This document shows, piece after piece, positions 40,031 to 55,176 of a stretch of DNA of 64,000 nt. A program made the position numbers and the translations under genes. Below the pieces are notes generated by a model. It did no database searches and was not told the origin of the DNA. It was given only the letters and a program-made list of their open reading frames with translations. Numbering within the stretch: the stretch's first letter is position 1; the number at the start of each line of letters is the position of its first letter. Where the stretch lies: positions 64,001 through 128,000 of the forward strand of contig JAWOID010000018.1 in the NCBI GenBank assembly GCA_046484865.1. The letters run 5' to 3'. The DNA comes from Candidatus Krumholzibacteriia bacterium (GTDB lineage: Bacteria; Krumholzibacteriota; Krumholzibacteriia; LZORAL124-64-63).

Positions 40031-41635
40031 TCAGGCGAGCCCGACGAGGGCGTCGGCCAGCTCGGGCGCCGGGGGTTCGTCGTGGACGAGTTCGGTCACG
40101 GCGGCGAGGTCCATCGTGAGCGGGCGGTCACCGGGAGAGAGGTCGATGCGACGGCCGATCTGCCGGAGCGCGGCCGTCAGCGGCGGCGACACGCTCAGTG
40201 CGGTCCGCCCGCAGACCTCTGCCCAGCGCGGCTCCGTGATGAACTGCAGCGCCCGTGCCGCCGTGATCAACTCCAGCGCCACCACCGCCTCCACCCGCGC
40301 CAGAGCATCGCGCAGCTTCAGGGCCGACACGCTGCCCATGCTCACGTGGTCTTCCTGGTTGTCGCTCGTGGGAATGGAGTCGGCGGCGGCCGGGAACGCC
40401 GAGGCGCGCGTCTCGCAGACCAGCGCCGCGGCCAGGTACTGGGCGATCATCAGCCCGGACTCGAGCCCGGGGTCGGCGGCGAGAAAACGCGGCAGTCGGC
40501 CGCCGTTACCCCCGAGCATGAGGTTGATCCGGCGCTCGGCCACGTCGCCGATCTCCGCCATCGCCACGTACAGCGCGTCGAGTTCGAGGGCGAGGATCTG
40601 GCCGTGGAAATGACCGCCGGTGACGGCTCTCCCTTCCTCGGGCAGCAGCACCGGGTTGTCGGTGACGGCATGCGCCTCCCGCAGGAACAGCTCCCGGGCG
40701 CGACGCAGCACGCCGAGACTCGGTCCGATGATCTGCGGGCTGCAGCGTAGCGAGTAGGGGTCCTGGACGCGCGCGCAGTCGCGATGATTCTCGACCACCT
40801 CGCTGCCGGTGAGCAGGCCGCGCAGAGCGGCCGCCACGTCGGCGATCTCCCGGTGCGGCCGCAACTCGTGGTACCGCGAACCGAACGGCAGCACGCTCGC
40901 CTCCAGCGCTTCCACCGACAGCGCCGCCGCCGTCACCGCCCAGCGCAGCAGCCGCGTCCCCTGCTCCACCGCCCGCAGGCCGAGGGTGGTCATGAGCTGG
41001 GTGCCGTTGATCAGCGCGAGCCCCTCCTTGGCCTCCAGGGTCAGGGGTTCGCGTCCGCGCTCCCGGAGGACGTCGATGGCGGGTCGCGGCCGGCCGTCCG
41101 CAGCCAGCACGTGCCCCTCGCCCATCAGGACCAGGCCGAGATGCGCCAGCGGGGCCAGGTCTCCGCTCGCCCCGACCGACCCGCGGCTCGGGACGAACGG
41201 ATGGAGGTCGGCCTCCAGCAGCCACAGGAGCTGCTCGATCACCTCCGGGCGCGCCCCCGAGAAGCCCCCGGCCAGGCTGAGCGACCGCAGCAGGATCATG
41301 CCGCGCACCTCCGGCCGGGACAGGGGGGGGCCCCAGCCGACGGCGTGGCTGCGCAGGAGGTTGGTCTGGAGGCGCGACTGCTGTGCCGGCGGAATCACCG
41401 TGTCCGCCAGTCGGCCGAACCCCGTGTTCACCCCGTAGATGCGCTCGTCGCCGGCGGCCAGCTCGCGCCGGAACGCCGCGCCCGCCTCCACCCTCCGCCT
41501 GGCCGACTCGCCCAGCCGGACGGACCTCGTGCCCGCCGTGATCGCCGTGAAGGCGGCCAGGTCGAGTCCGTCGCGCCCGATGACGAACGGATCGGCCGCC
41601 GGCGGCGGCGCAGTCGCTGACGAAGCGTCGGACAT
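40031..41635 (-). CDS. hutH: Histidine ammonia-lyase
   Basis: YGVNTGFG, MIO-forming GASGDLAPL, KEGLALINGT, QDPYSLR and NQEDHVSMG motifs; next to hutI. Confidence 0.93.
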   Translation of the reverse strand: MSDASSATAPPPAADPFVIGRDGLDLAAFTAITAGTRSVRLGESARRRVEAGAAFRRELAAGDERIYGVNTGFGRLADTVIPPAQQSRLQTNLLRSHAVGWGPPLSRPEVRGMILLRSLSLAGGFSGARPEVIEQLLWLLEADLHPFVPSRGSVGASGDLAPLAHLGLVLMGEGHVLAADGRPRPAIDVLRERGREPLTLEAKEGLALINGTQLMTTLGLRAVEQGTRLLRWAVTAAALSVEALEASVLPFGSRYHELRPHREIADVAAALRGLLTGSEVVENHRDCARVQDPYSLRCSPQIIGPSLGVLRRARELFLREAHAVTDNPVLLPEEGRAVTGGHFHGQILALELDALYVAMAEIGDVAERRINLMLGGNGGRLPRFLAADPGLESGLMIAQYLAAALVCETRASAFPAAADSIPTSDNQEDHVSMGSVSALKLRDALARVEAVVALELITAARALQFITEPRWAEVCGRTALSVSPPLTAALRQIGRRIDLSPGDRPLTMDLAAVTELVHDEPPAPELADALVGLA

Positions 41636-41672
41636 GGGCCCTCCCCCTCGCCTGCAGGGGTCGCGAATGGAG

Positions 41673-46570
<4,898 letters not shown>

Positions 46571-48658
46571 CTAGAACGACTCCATGAGTGCGACGTGCAG
46601 TTTCGCCAGATCGAAATCGACGCGGCCCGGAAATCCCACCGCCAGCGAGATGTCGCCGCCGGGCGTGGAGGTCTGCAGGCCGAGTCCGAAACCCCAGGGC
46701 GATTCGCTGCGCTCGAGCAGGGTTTCCGGGTCGTCGGCCGCCCGGCTGGCGAATTCAGAGTAGCCGAGGTCCACGAACGTGTAAACCCGCGAGCCGCCGG
46801 GCCGTCCGAGCCGCAATTCCACCCCGCCGTGCGCCACGGTCTCGCCGTGGAACTCGTCCTCGCGGTAGCCACGCAGGCTGCGGGCACCGCCGAAGAAGAA
46901 GTGCTCGGCGAGCGGGGCCGGCTCGTCGCCGCCGGTGAGCTGGCGATACGCGGCACGAGCGGAGAGGCTCGTGGACGGCCCCAGCCACAGCTCGCCACCC
47001 ACGTCGCCGGCGATGATGCGCTGGTTCTCCACGGTGCCCACCGCCGACTCCTCGGTTCCCGGCACGGTGCGACGCACGGATTCCCGCCGCGCCTCCTCCA
47101 CCGCGAGCAGCGCGCTCCACCCGCTGCGCAGCAGGCTGCCCCGCCGGTGGAAGAACGCCACCCGCCCGCGCAGGCGGCTCGTGTGTCCGAGGCTGCCCAC
47201 CGGGAAGGTGTTGCGGTCCCAGCCCCACCCCAGTTCCACGCCCCAGAACGCGACCACGGGCAGTTGCCAGCGATTCTCGACCGTGAACCGCGTGTAGGCC
47301 CCGGTGGCGATCTCGTGCTCGACCCCGAGTTCGGTGTCGAAATCCGTGCCGAGCACCAGCGGTTCCAGGTAGCCGAAGCCGAAGCTGCGGCGGTCGCGGC
47401 CGTCGTCGGTCCAGCGCGATGTCAGGCTCCGGCCCGTGCCCGCGATGTTCGGCAGGCTCAGGTCCACCTGACCGCTGACCCGGCCTCCGCCCTCCGCGTC
47501 CTGGGCGTAGCCCAGGAGCACGGCCAGCCGGTTCGCGCGCCGGCGCGGCGTCACGGGCAGGTGCACGCCCACGGTGTCGGCCGCCGACGTCAGGTAGATC
47601 AGCGGCTCGCCGACATCGGCGTAGAGGTCGCGGGCCTCCAGCCGTTCCCGCGCCCGCACGAGATCGCTCTCCCGGAAGGGCCGTCCCGCCCGCAGGCCCG
47701 AAGCCTCCGCCACGAAGCGACGGGCGCGCAAGCTGGCGAGGTCACTGCTGATCCGACCGACCACCGTCGGGGTGCCGGGGATGAGGACGGCCGTCAGCGA
47801 CACGGTGGCGGCGACCGGGTCGATCGTCGCCTCCCGGACGGTCCAGCGCGCGAAAGCGTGGCCGGTTTCGCCCGCCGCCGCCAGCAATTCGTCGGCCACC
47901 GCGTCCACCGCCGCCGGACGGAACGGGTCTCCCCGCCGCGGCAACCTCGCCTCGAGCAGGCGATCTCGGCCCGGGAAGTCGACGCCTTCCACGACGAGGC
48001 TACCCACGCGATACTGCGGCCCCGGCGCCACCCGCACCACCGCCTCCTCCGCCGCTTCCGCGGTCTCCGCCGCGCCCGTTCCCTGGGCGTGGCCGCCGAC
48101 CTCGCCGGTGCCGCCGCCGGCGTCAACTCGCGGCGACGGCAGCCGCCGCAACTGCACGCCGAGGTAGCCACGCTCGATCCAGCGGTCCCGCAGCTGCGAC
48201 AGCAGGTCGCGACGGCCGCTCAGACCCGCGGTCGCGGTGTCCGGCGCCGTCGGCGGCAGGCGCTGCAGCACCGAGTCGGCCCAGGCCGAGGCTCCGGCGG
48301 GATCGACGGCCGCGGCGAGGCCCGTCTCGCCCGGTCCGGCGTCCGGACCGCCAGGCGGCGGCAACAGGACTGCCGGCTGGCGAGCCAGCCAGGCGGCATC
48401 GCGGGCCAGGTGCTCGCGCAGGGCCTTCACGGCGCTATCCGGCGGCGCCAGCGTCAGACGGATCCGCGGCGCGACGGCGCTCGCCCGCGCACCTTCCTGC
48501 GCGGCGGCCGCCGCCGGCAACGCCAGCGCCGCGGCCCCGACCAGGCCGGCTGCCAGCGTGAGGGCGGCGGATCGCCGCCTCGCCGTGGCGATGGAGCGGC
48601 GGAGAGCGGAAGCTTCCCGGCGCCGATCAGAACCGTGCCGTCGATTCCAGGCGGACAT
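46571..48658 (-). CDS. Omp85 (BamA/TamA-like) outer-membrane protein with POTRA domains
   Basis: Signal peptide, POTRA-like segments, NIAGTGR, FGGARSLRGY (VRGF-like) and C-terminal Phe; start approximate. Confidence 0.8.
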   Translation of the reverse strand: MSAWNRRHGSDRRREASALRRSIATARRRSAALTLAAGLVGAAALALPAAAAAQEGARASAVAPRIRLTLAPPDSAVKALREHLARDAAWLARQPAVLLPPPGGPDAGPGETGLAAAVDPAGASAWADSVLQRLPPTAPDTATAGLSGRRDLLSQLRDRWIERGYLGVQLRRLPSPRVDAGGGTGEVGGHAQGTGAAETAEAAEEAVVRVAPGPQYRVGSLVVEGVDFPGRDRLLEARLPRRGDPFRPAAVDAVADELLAAAGETGHAFARWTVREATIDPVAATVSLTAVLIPGTPTVVGRISSDLASLRARRFVAEASGLRAGRPFRESDLVRARERLEARDLYADVGEPLIYLTSAADTVGVHLPVTPRRRANRLAVLLGYAQDAEGGGRVSGQVDLSLPNIAGTGRSLTSRWTDDGRDRRSFGFGYLEPLVLGTDFDTELGVEHEIATGAYTRFTVENRWQLPVVAFWGVELGWGWDRNTFPVGSLGHTSRLRGRVAFFHRRGSLLRSGWSALLAVEEARRESVRRTVPGTEESAVGTVENQRIIAGDVGGELWLGPSTSLSARAAYRQLTGGDEPAPLAEHFFFGGARSLRGYREDEFHGETVAHGGVELRLGRPGGSRVYTFVDLGYSEFASRAADDPETLLERSESPWGFGLGLQTSTPGGDISLAVGFPGRVDFDLAKLHVALMESF

Positions 48659-51600
48659 CGTGCTCCCACCTCCTCTCGCCACGCTTGCGCGCGAAGTAGC
48701 TGGCCGAGAACGAAACCCAGCGCGAGGCGTCCCAGCCGAGTCGGAGCTGCGCTTCCACGTTGCGCCCCGGCAGGGGATAGAAGAATGGACGACGAGCGCC
48801 CGCGGGCTCCTCGCTGGTGACCTCCGCCACGCGCAGATCCGTCTGCACGCTCCACCGCTGTGACCAGCGCCAGCGAATGCCGGGACGGATCGCCAGCTCC
48901 AGCTGCGTCACGCCGGAGACCGCGTCCTCGCGATCGATCGCCTCGCCCGCCAGCGAGAGGCGATTGCCGCCCCGGGGGCGGAACGCGACCTCCGTTTCCA
49001 GACGCCGGACCAGCGATTCGTAGCTGCGCCGGCTGCTGAACTCGCTGGCGTCGGTGCGACGCCGCTCGTCCTGGTGCTGCCCGCGGGCCCTCAGGGTGGT
49101 GCGCGCAGTGGGACTCCAGGTGACCGTGGCGTGCCAGTTGCGGTCGAGCCGGTCCTCGATGGTGGTGGCGTATTGCCGGTCGCGGCCCTCCACGTAACCG
49201 TAGCCGAGGCGCAGGTCCCAGGAGCGCAGGTGGCGCAGGAGCGCCAGCTCCTCGTCGAACGTGACTCGCGCCAGCACCGCCTCCTCTGCGAAGAGCGCCC
49301 CTCGCGAGAGCCGCAGCAAGGGCGCCACCTCGTCCGCGGTGCTGCGCGCCTCCACCGCGGCGCGGGTGGTGGCGGTCCAGGCGCCCCAGATCCGCTCCTG
49401 CCCCAGGAAGCCGAAGCCCTGCGTCCAGGTCAGGTCGGCCGCCACCCGGGTGGTGGCCACGAGGCTGTCGGTGCCGGCGGTCACCACGTTGAAGTCGCCC
49501 TGACCGCGACCGACGAAGTCGCCCGCGGCGTCGTAGTCGCCCTGCCCCTCGCCCACGAAGATGATCTCCCGGCCGAGCACCTCGGCGCGGCTGTTGTCCA
49601 CGCCGTACCCCAGGTGCCAGTCGCTGCCCAGCCGCGGCCAGCGGGCCGCCAGATCGGCGCGCGCCAGCCGGGTGGTCTCGTCCGGCAATCGCGGCCGCTC
49701 GGTGCGCCGCATCGTGGCGCTGGCGTCGAGGCGCACGCCGGCCAGCTGCGGCGTGGTGACCTGCGCCCGCATCGTGCGCGAGTCGCGTGCGCGCTGCCAG
49801 GATCCGGCGCGCAATGAATCGGCCTCGCTGCGCTCCAGGTCGAACGTCCAGGCCAGACGACGTCCCGGACCCTGGGAGAGCGAGCCGCCCCAGCGCCGCA
49901 GGCGCGACCCCGCCGCGCTACCCTCCCCGCCGGCGGCATCTTCCCAGCGTTCCTCCTCGAAGCGCACCGCCGGAACCGCCAGCCCGACCACGTTCCAGCT
50001 CGCCCGGTGCGCCTGCGCGAAGCGTTCGATGTCCAGCGGATCGTCCCGGTCGCGAGCCGAACCGGCTGCGATGCGACTGTTTCCCCGGCCGCCTGCCCAT
50101 GTCCAGTCCGCGACGGCAGCGGTCCGGTCCGCCTCCAGCGCGGCGCCGCGATCGAGCCGGCCCCAGTCGCCCCTCAGACGCAGGCCGCGCCGTCCGCCGC
50201 CCGTCTCCCAGGCGGCCCCCAGGCCGAGTTCGCGCTCCGCCTCGGCGAGGAATCCCTCGCGCCGGGCGCGCTGGTCGAGCCCCCAGACGGCGTAATCGAA
50301 CACGCTCTTGTGCAGCAGGAAGGGCTCGAAGTTCGCATCGCGGGACTCGAGGAACCCGGCGACCGTGCCGCGACCCAGGTTCGCGCCGCCGAGGCCGAGA
50401 TCGCTCCTGCCCGTGCTGAACGACACCCGCCCGGCCCGGCCGGCGTCGTCGCCGGTATCGAGATCCGAGAGCCGGTTGCGCTCGAACGCGCTGGCGTGCC
50501 CCTCCGCCTGCAGGTAGGCACCCGTGGTGTCTCCCATCACCACGCCCATGGTCACCAGGCGATGCCGCTCCGGCAACGGCAGCGGCCGTCCCACCCGGTA
50601 GGCTCCCCCGCCATCGCCCTGGAACACGTACACCCGCTGGCCGGTCTCCGTGAGGGTCTCCAGGTCGTAGTCTCCCAGTCCCCGGCCGACATGGTGGAAC
50701 GACACGTTCCAGTCGCCGCCGCCCGGCGCGAAGACGTAGATGACCCTGCCGCCCTCCTCGACGCGATCGTACTGGCCGGTGCCCGGTTCGGCGGCAGGCA
50801 CGGCTCCGGGCGCGATCGCGCGGGCGGGATCGTCGCCGGCGGCGCGCAGGACCTCCTCGTCGGCCTCGCTCAGCTCTCCCGTCCGCAGCCGCCGCGGGTC
50901 GTCCGCCTCCTCCGTGATACGCACCTGCAGGCGCGCGAGCCCCCCGGGAAGCAACGGGACGTCCGTCGCGGCGCCCGCGCCGCCGCCGACCACCGTACGC
51001 GAGTAGGCCCCCTCGCCTTCCTCGAACTCGACGACGATCGTCGACTCCGCGGTGACGAGTTGCCGGTAGGTGAAGGTGATCGTGCCGCGCACGTAGTCGA
51101 CCACGTAGTCGCGATCCGCGCCGCGGGTCAGCGCTCGTCCGTCCAGCGCCACCCGCTCCGATCCCGCCACGATGAACACGTTGGCACCGGTGTCGCCGCC
51201 GCCCAGGAAGTAGGGTCCCTGGTTCGACTCCTCGCCGCGGAATTGCACCGTCCGGTACCGGCCCCGGGGCGACCCGGCGAGTCCCTCGACGTGGAACCCG
51301 CCCGGCCGGGCGGCGAAGCTCGCGCCCTGCAGCTTGCGCCGGTAGCCGCCGAAGACGGTGCCGCTGCGCAGGGCCACGAAGTCGCCGAGAGTGGCGTTCC
51401 ACCCGGGCGCGTCGAGCTGGACGAGCACCTTGTCCACGTCACGCAGTTCCTCGGTGTTCCCCTCGGGCACCACCGGGAGGTTGTCGTCGGAGAGGAACGC
51501 ATTCACGCGGATATCGTCCGTCAGCTGCCCCGAGATCGAGAGCCGCAGGTTCTGGTCCACCGTCAGGTCGCGCCGGCTGCCCGACGACACCCGCACGGCC

Positions 51601-52178
51601 TTGCTGCCGCGCACGGTGAGATCGCTCCCGGTCAGTCGTCGCGCCCCGGCGCCGTCCTCGAGCAGATCGGCGTCCCCGCTCGTTCCCGTCGGAGCCTGCC
51701 GAGGCGGCGGTGGCACCAGCTCGTGCAGGTCGCGCCGGGAGGAGACGGGCACGGGCAGGAAGCGGTAGCGGACGATGACGAGCGCGTCGGAACCATCGGC
51801 CGCGGACCACGGGCGCAGCGGCACCACCTGCCCACGCCGTCCGAGGACGCGGAAATCGCGCCCCTCGCTCCAGCTCCGGCCGTCCACGTAGACCGTGACG
51901 CTCGCAGGATCGATGTAGCCGTGCGCCAGCTGCAGTGCTCGCGTGGCCGGCGGCACGCGGACGAACTCGGTCTCGGTCAGGTACCCCGCGGCCAGATCCG
52001 GGGGCCCATCCGTGGTCAGGGTGTCGGGTGGTGAGTCGGCGAGCGCCGGCGGAGCGGCGGCGAACGCCAGCGCGACGACGGCGGCCGCCAGGCGAGCAGC
52101 GGCGTCGACACGGCGGCGGCGGCGGCGGTCGGATGCTGGCGTCGGAGCACGGATCGGCCGGACGGCCGGATCATTCAT
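48627..52178 (-). CDS. Large (1183 aa) outer-membrane beta-barrel protein with SprA-like motifs
   Basis: Signal peptide, GEESNQGPY, GSERV.LDG..L.RG...DY.VDY..GTITF, many amphipathic strands and C-terminal Phe. Confidence 0.6.
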   Translation of the reverse strand: MNDPAVRPIRAPTPASDRRRRRRVDAAARLAAAVVALAFAAAPPALADSPPDTLTTDGPPDLAAGYLTETEFVRVPPATRALQLAHGYIDPASVTVYVDGRSWSEGRDFRVLGRRGQVVPLRPWSAADGSDALVIVRYRFLPVPVSSRRDLHELVPPPPRQAPTGTSGDADLLEDGAGARRLTGSDLTVRGSKAVRVSSGSRRDLTVDQNLRLSISGQLTDDIRVNAFLSDDNLPVVPEGNTEELRDVDKVLVQLDAPGWNATLGDFVALRSGTVFGGYRRKLQGASFAARPGGFHVEGLAGSPRGRYRTVQFRGEESNQGPYFLGGGDTGANVFIVAGSERVALDGRALTRGADRDYVVDYVRGTITFTYRQLVTAESTIVVEFEEGEGAYSRTVVGGGAGAATDVPLLPGGLARLQVRITEEADDPRRLRTGELSEADEEVLRAAGDDPARAIAPGAVPAAEPGTGQYDRVEEGGRVIYVFAPGGGDWNVSFHHVGRGLGDYDLETLTETGQRVYVFQGDGGGAYRVGRPLPLPERHRLVTMGVVMGDTTGAYLQAEGHASAFERNRLSDLDTGDDAGRAGRVSFSTGRSDLGLGGANLGRGTVAGFLESRDANFEPFLLHKSVFDYAVWGLDQRARREGFLAEAERELGLGAAWETGGGRRGLRLRGDWGRLDRGAALEADRTAAVADWTWAGGRGNSRIAAGSARDRDDPLDIERFAQAHRASWNVVGLAVPAVRFEEERWEDAAGGEGSAAGSRLRRWGGSLSQGPGRRLAWTFDLERSEADSLRAGSWQRARDSRTMRAQVTTPQLAGVRLDASATMRRTERPRLPDETTRLARADLAARWPRLGSDWHLGYGVDNSRAEVLGREIIFVGEGQGDYDAAGDFVGRGQGDFNVVTAGTDSLVATTRVAADLTWTQGFGFLGQERIWGAWTATTRAAVEARSTADEVAPLLRLSRGALFAEEAVLARVTFDEELALLRHLRSWDLRLGYGYVEGRDRQYATTIEDRLDRNWHATVTWSPTARTTLRARGQHQDERRRTDASEFSSRRSYESLVRRLETEVAFRPRGGNRLSLAGEAIDREDAVSGVTQLELAIRPGIRWRWSQRWSVQTDLRVAEVTSEEPAGARRPFFYPLPGRNVEAQLRLGWDASRWVSFSASYFARKRGERRWEHDVRLESTARF

Positions 52179-53202
52179 AGAGGATCCGGAAGATCAGCAC
52201 CGCGGCACGCGCCCGGTCGGCCACCGCCAGCAGGTCGTCCGGTCCCACCGCGACATCGACCGGAGCCTGGAAGACGGCCGCCAGGGGCAGGTCCCGTGCG
52301 GCGGAGTGGAGGAAATCGCCGCCGGGGCCGATCACGTGCACCGCGCCGGCCGCCGGATCGGCGACGAAGACGTTGCCGTGGTGGTCGGCGGCGAGCCCCT
52401 GGGGAGTTCGCAGCGGGTTGTCCACGGCCCACTCCCCGCCGTAGGTGGCCTCCCAGAAACCGAGCCGGTTGAATCGCTGCAGTCGCGCGTTCCCCTGGTC
52501 CGACACGACGAAGCTGCCGTCCGGCAGGAACGCGACCCCGGCGGGCTGCTGGAACTGCTCGTCGTGGCGGCCCGGCCCGCCCACCCGCTGCGTCAGGGCG
52601 AGGAAGGGATCGAAGATCAGCACCTGCTCCTCGACGCCGTCGGTGACGACGAGCCGCCCGTCGCGGTCGACGGCCATGGCCGTGGGCAGCGTGTCGTCCG
52701 CAGGATCGATGTTACGGAAGTTGAGCAGGCGATCCTGGAACGCGCCGCCCAGCTGGAACCGATGCAGCAGGCGCGAGCCGGCGTCCAGGACCCAGACGCT
52801 GAAACCGTCCACCACCACGTCCACCGGCCGGTACGGGCGCACGCCCGCCGTGTCGAACTCGTACCACACGACCCGCTCGGGATCGAAGCCGAACACGCGC
52901 CCCCGCTTGTCGTCGGCCAGCACCAGGGTACCGTCGCGCCCGAACCCGACCGCGACCAGTCCCTCCAGGGGGTAATAAGGCGCGTTCCGCTCGTTCTCGT
53001 AGACGCGGACGAACTCCAGCGACACCGGCCGCGTGCCCGGCCGTGCGATCGGCCCGCGCTCTGCCCCGGGCGCTGGCTCCGCGGGCGCAGGGCCCTCGCC
53101 CGCCGGTCTGCCGCCGCCTCCGGCGCAGGCTCCGAGCCCGAGCGCCAGCAGGGCCGCCATCGCGGCCGCCGCCAGCCATGGCCGCGGTGATCGCCGCTTC
53201 AT
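52171..53202 (-). CDS. NHL-repeat beta-propeller lipoprotein
   Basis: Lipobox LGAC; repeats such as QQPAGVAF..DG..VVSD, TPQGLAAD and APVDVAV. Confidence 0.82.
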   Translation of the reverse strand: MKRRSPRPWLAAAAMAALLALGLGACAGGGGRPAGEGPAPAEPAPGAERGPIARPGTRPVSLEFVRVYENERNAPYYPLEGLVAVGFGRDGTLVLADDKRGRVFGFDPERVVWYEFDTAGVRPYRPVDVVVDGFSVWVLDAGSRLLHRFQLGGAFQDRLLNFRNIDPADDTLPTAMAVDRDGRLVVTDGVEEQVLIFDPFLALTQRVGGPGRHDEQFQQPAGVAFLPDGSFVVSDQGNARLQRFNRLGFWEATYGGEWAVDNPLRTPQGLAADHHGNVFVADPAAGAVHVIGPGGDFLHSAARDLPLAAVFQAPVDVAVGPDDLLAVADRARAAVLIFRILYE

Positions 53203-53215
53203 GTCGATCCTCCCG

Positions 53216-54151
53216 TCAGAAGCTGCGCGAGACCACGCAACGCGAGGTCGGCGCATCCCAGACCGGCGCCACGTCAAGGGCCACGTTCCAGCCCATGACG
53301 TCCGCGCCGAGGGTCGGCTCCGAACCGCCGGACCCGCCGTTGCGCACGGCGTCGTACACCGAGACCGCCCGGTTGATCACCGCGAACAGGATCATGAAGT
53401 CGCGCCGGTCGTAGGCGTTCTGCGCGTCGGCGCGCAGATCCTGGTAGGCCCGCTGGCGCTCCTCGTTCCGCCACTGCCAGGCCGCGTCGCCGCTGATGAG
53501 CGGCGGCGGCGGCTCCTGCAGGGCCCGCGCCTCGCGCAGCAGCGACTCGTTGTAGGCATCGCTGTCCATGTACCGGCCCACGGACTGCCAGTACCGGTCG
53601 TCGCGGTCGCCCGACGTGCCGGCGTAGATGCCGGCGTACTCGATGTAGTCGTCGGTGCGATGATCGCCCTGGGTGTCGAACACGAGGTAGGTGCCCCAGA
53701 CGGCGAGTTCCGCGCCCGCCATCAGGTACGCCTTGGTGCGATCGCCGTTGTAGAACTGGCCGGCGCCGGGCAGCACCAGGGACAGGAGCCCCGCCTTGAT
53801 CTTCGCGCCGGTCGCGCCCGAACCGCTCTCGCCGACGGACTCGCGTGGCGTACCGCGCGTGCCGCCGATCTGTGCGCGCGGCTCGAACCCGCCCCACCGG
53901 GCGAGCGCCAGACCGTCCCCGGCCGGCGCGGCGAGTGCGCGCTCCGCCGCCGCTAGCCCACTGCCGGGCACGACCGGAACTCCGGCGGCCGCGTTCCCCG
54001 GCTCCGCCGCCGCCGCGGCGGGGCCGAGCATCAGCAGCATCGGCAACAGCAGGGCCAGACGGCCCGGCGTGGCGAGTTCGCGCGACTTGTCTCCGGGCCG
54101 GCGCCGGTCGTCGGAATGCTGCACCTGGCGACTCCTTCGTCTGCGATCCAT
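53216..54151 (-). CDS. DUF5683-like membrane protein (paralog 2)
   Basis: Signal peptide, LSLVLPGAGQFYNG, hydrophobic helices and C-terminal RSF; TGATG overlap. Confidence 0.6.
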   Translation of the reverse strand: MDRRRRSRQVQHSDDRRRPGDKSRELATPGRLALLLPMLLMLGPAAAAAEPGNAAAGVPVVPGSGLAAAERALAAPAGDGLALARWGGFEPRAQIGGTRGTPRESVGESGSGATGAKIKAGLLSLVLPGAGQFYNGDRTKAYLMAGAELAVWGTYLVFDTQGDHRTDDYIEYAGIYAGTSGDRDDRYWQSVGRYMDSDAYNESLLREARALQEPPPPLISGDAAWQWRNEERQRAYQDLRADAQNAYDRRDFMILFAVINRAVSVYDAVRNGGSGGSEPTLGADVMGWNVALDVAPVWDAPTSRCVVSRSF

Positions 54152-55086
54152 CAGAACGACACCGCCGCGCCCACCCGCGACGAGGTGAACCCACGCGGTT
54201 CGGCGATGATCTCCACCCTGTGGCCGGCCACCTTCAGCGCGCTGCCTTCGTCGTCGCCCCCGAGCAGGCCCTGCAGGTAGGCCACCTGCAGCACGCTGAA
54301 CACGCGCAGGCCGATGTTCACGTAGACCAGCGTGTCCCGGTTGCCGAAGGCGTCGTTCGATTCCTTGCGCAGCGCCCGATAGGTCTCGCGGTTGCGCGAG
54401 ACCCATGGCTGCTGCAGGTCGATCACGCCGCCCGTCGGGTCGTAGACGATGCCTGAGGGCGGATCGTCCGGCCGGCGGAAATCGTCCCAGCCGAACACGA
54501 ACTGGTCCCACTTGCCGAGGTTCTCGTAGTACTCGCGCCGGTCGTCCTCCTTGGCGATGAACAGCGGGGGCAGGCCGGTCTGATTGTCTACTGCGTAGTA
54601 CTCCAAACCATAGCCGGCGATGTACTCGTCGTCAGCGAGAACATTGTAAGCAGCCTTGAACTTGTCCTCGCTCCAGTGAGCGTCGGCGAACGCGTAGTAC
54701 TCGTCGCGCGTGTCCTCGCCTTCCTGGTTGTAGTGGTGCACGCCGTACCACGCGGCCAGGTCCGCGGCCATCATCAGCCAGCCTCGCTTGTGGCCCAGGT
54801 AGACTTCGCCTGCCCCGGGCAGGACCGCCGACATCACGATCGGCAGCACCGTGGAACCTCCGCCGCGGCCCACGCGCCGCGATTCCGGCTCGTATCGGTC
54901 GCCGCCGATCTCGGTCTGGCTGAGCGGACCGCCGCTGCGCAGCGCGCTTTCCAGCGCCCCGCGCTCCAGCCCCGAACCGCGCTCCGAGCGCGTGAGGGCA
55001 CCCGACGCCCACACCGGGGTCGTCACGGCCGCCATCGTGAAAAGGCCGGCCAGCAGCGTGGCCAGGATCAGGTTCGAGCGTCGCAT
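54151..55086 (-). CDS. DUF5683-like membrane protein (paralog 1)
   Basis: Signal peptide, MSAVLPGAGEVYLG, EYYENLGKWDQF and C-terminal VSF. Confidence 0.6.
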   Translation of the reverse strand: MRRSNLILATLLAGLFTMAAVTTPVWASGALTRSERGSGLERGALESALRSGGPLSQTEIGGDRYEPESRRVGRGGGSTVLPIVMSAVLPGAGEVYLGHKRGWLMMAADLAAWYGVHHYNQEGEDTRDEYYAFADAHWSEDKFKAAYNVLADDEYIAGYGLEYYAVDNQTGLPPLFIAKEDDRREYYENLGKWDQFVFGWDDFRRPDDPPSGIVYDPTGGVIDLQQPWVSRNRETYRALRKESNDAFGNRDTLVYVNIGLRVFSVLQVAYLQGLLGGDDEGSALKVAGHRVEIIAEPRGFTSSRVGAAVSF

Positions 55087-55176
55087 CGCGTTCTGCGCCT
55101 TCCGTTCGGGTGCTGCCCGGACCGTTCGTCGCGTGCGGTCGCGGTCCTCTGCCGGGGGGCCGGTCGGGTGCGGAAC

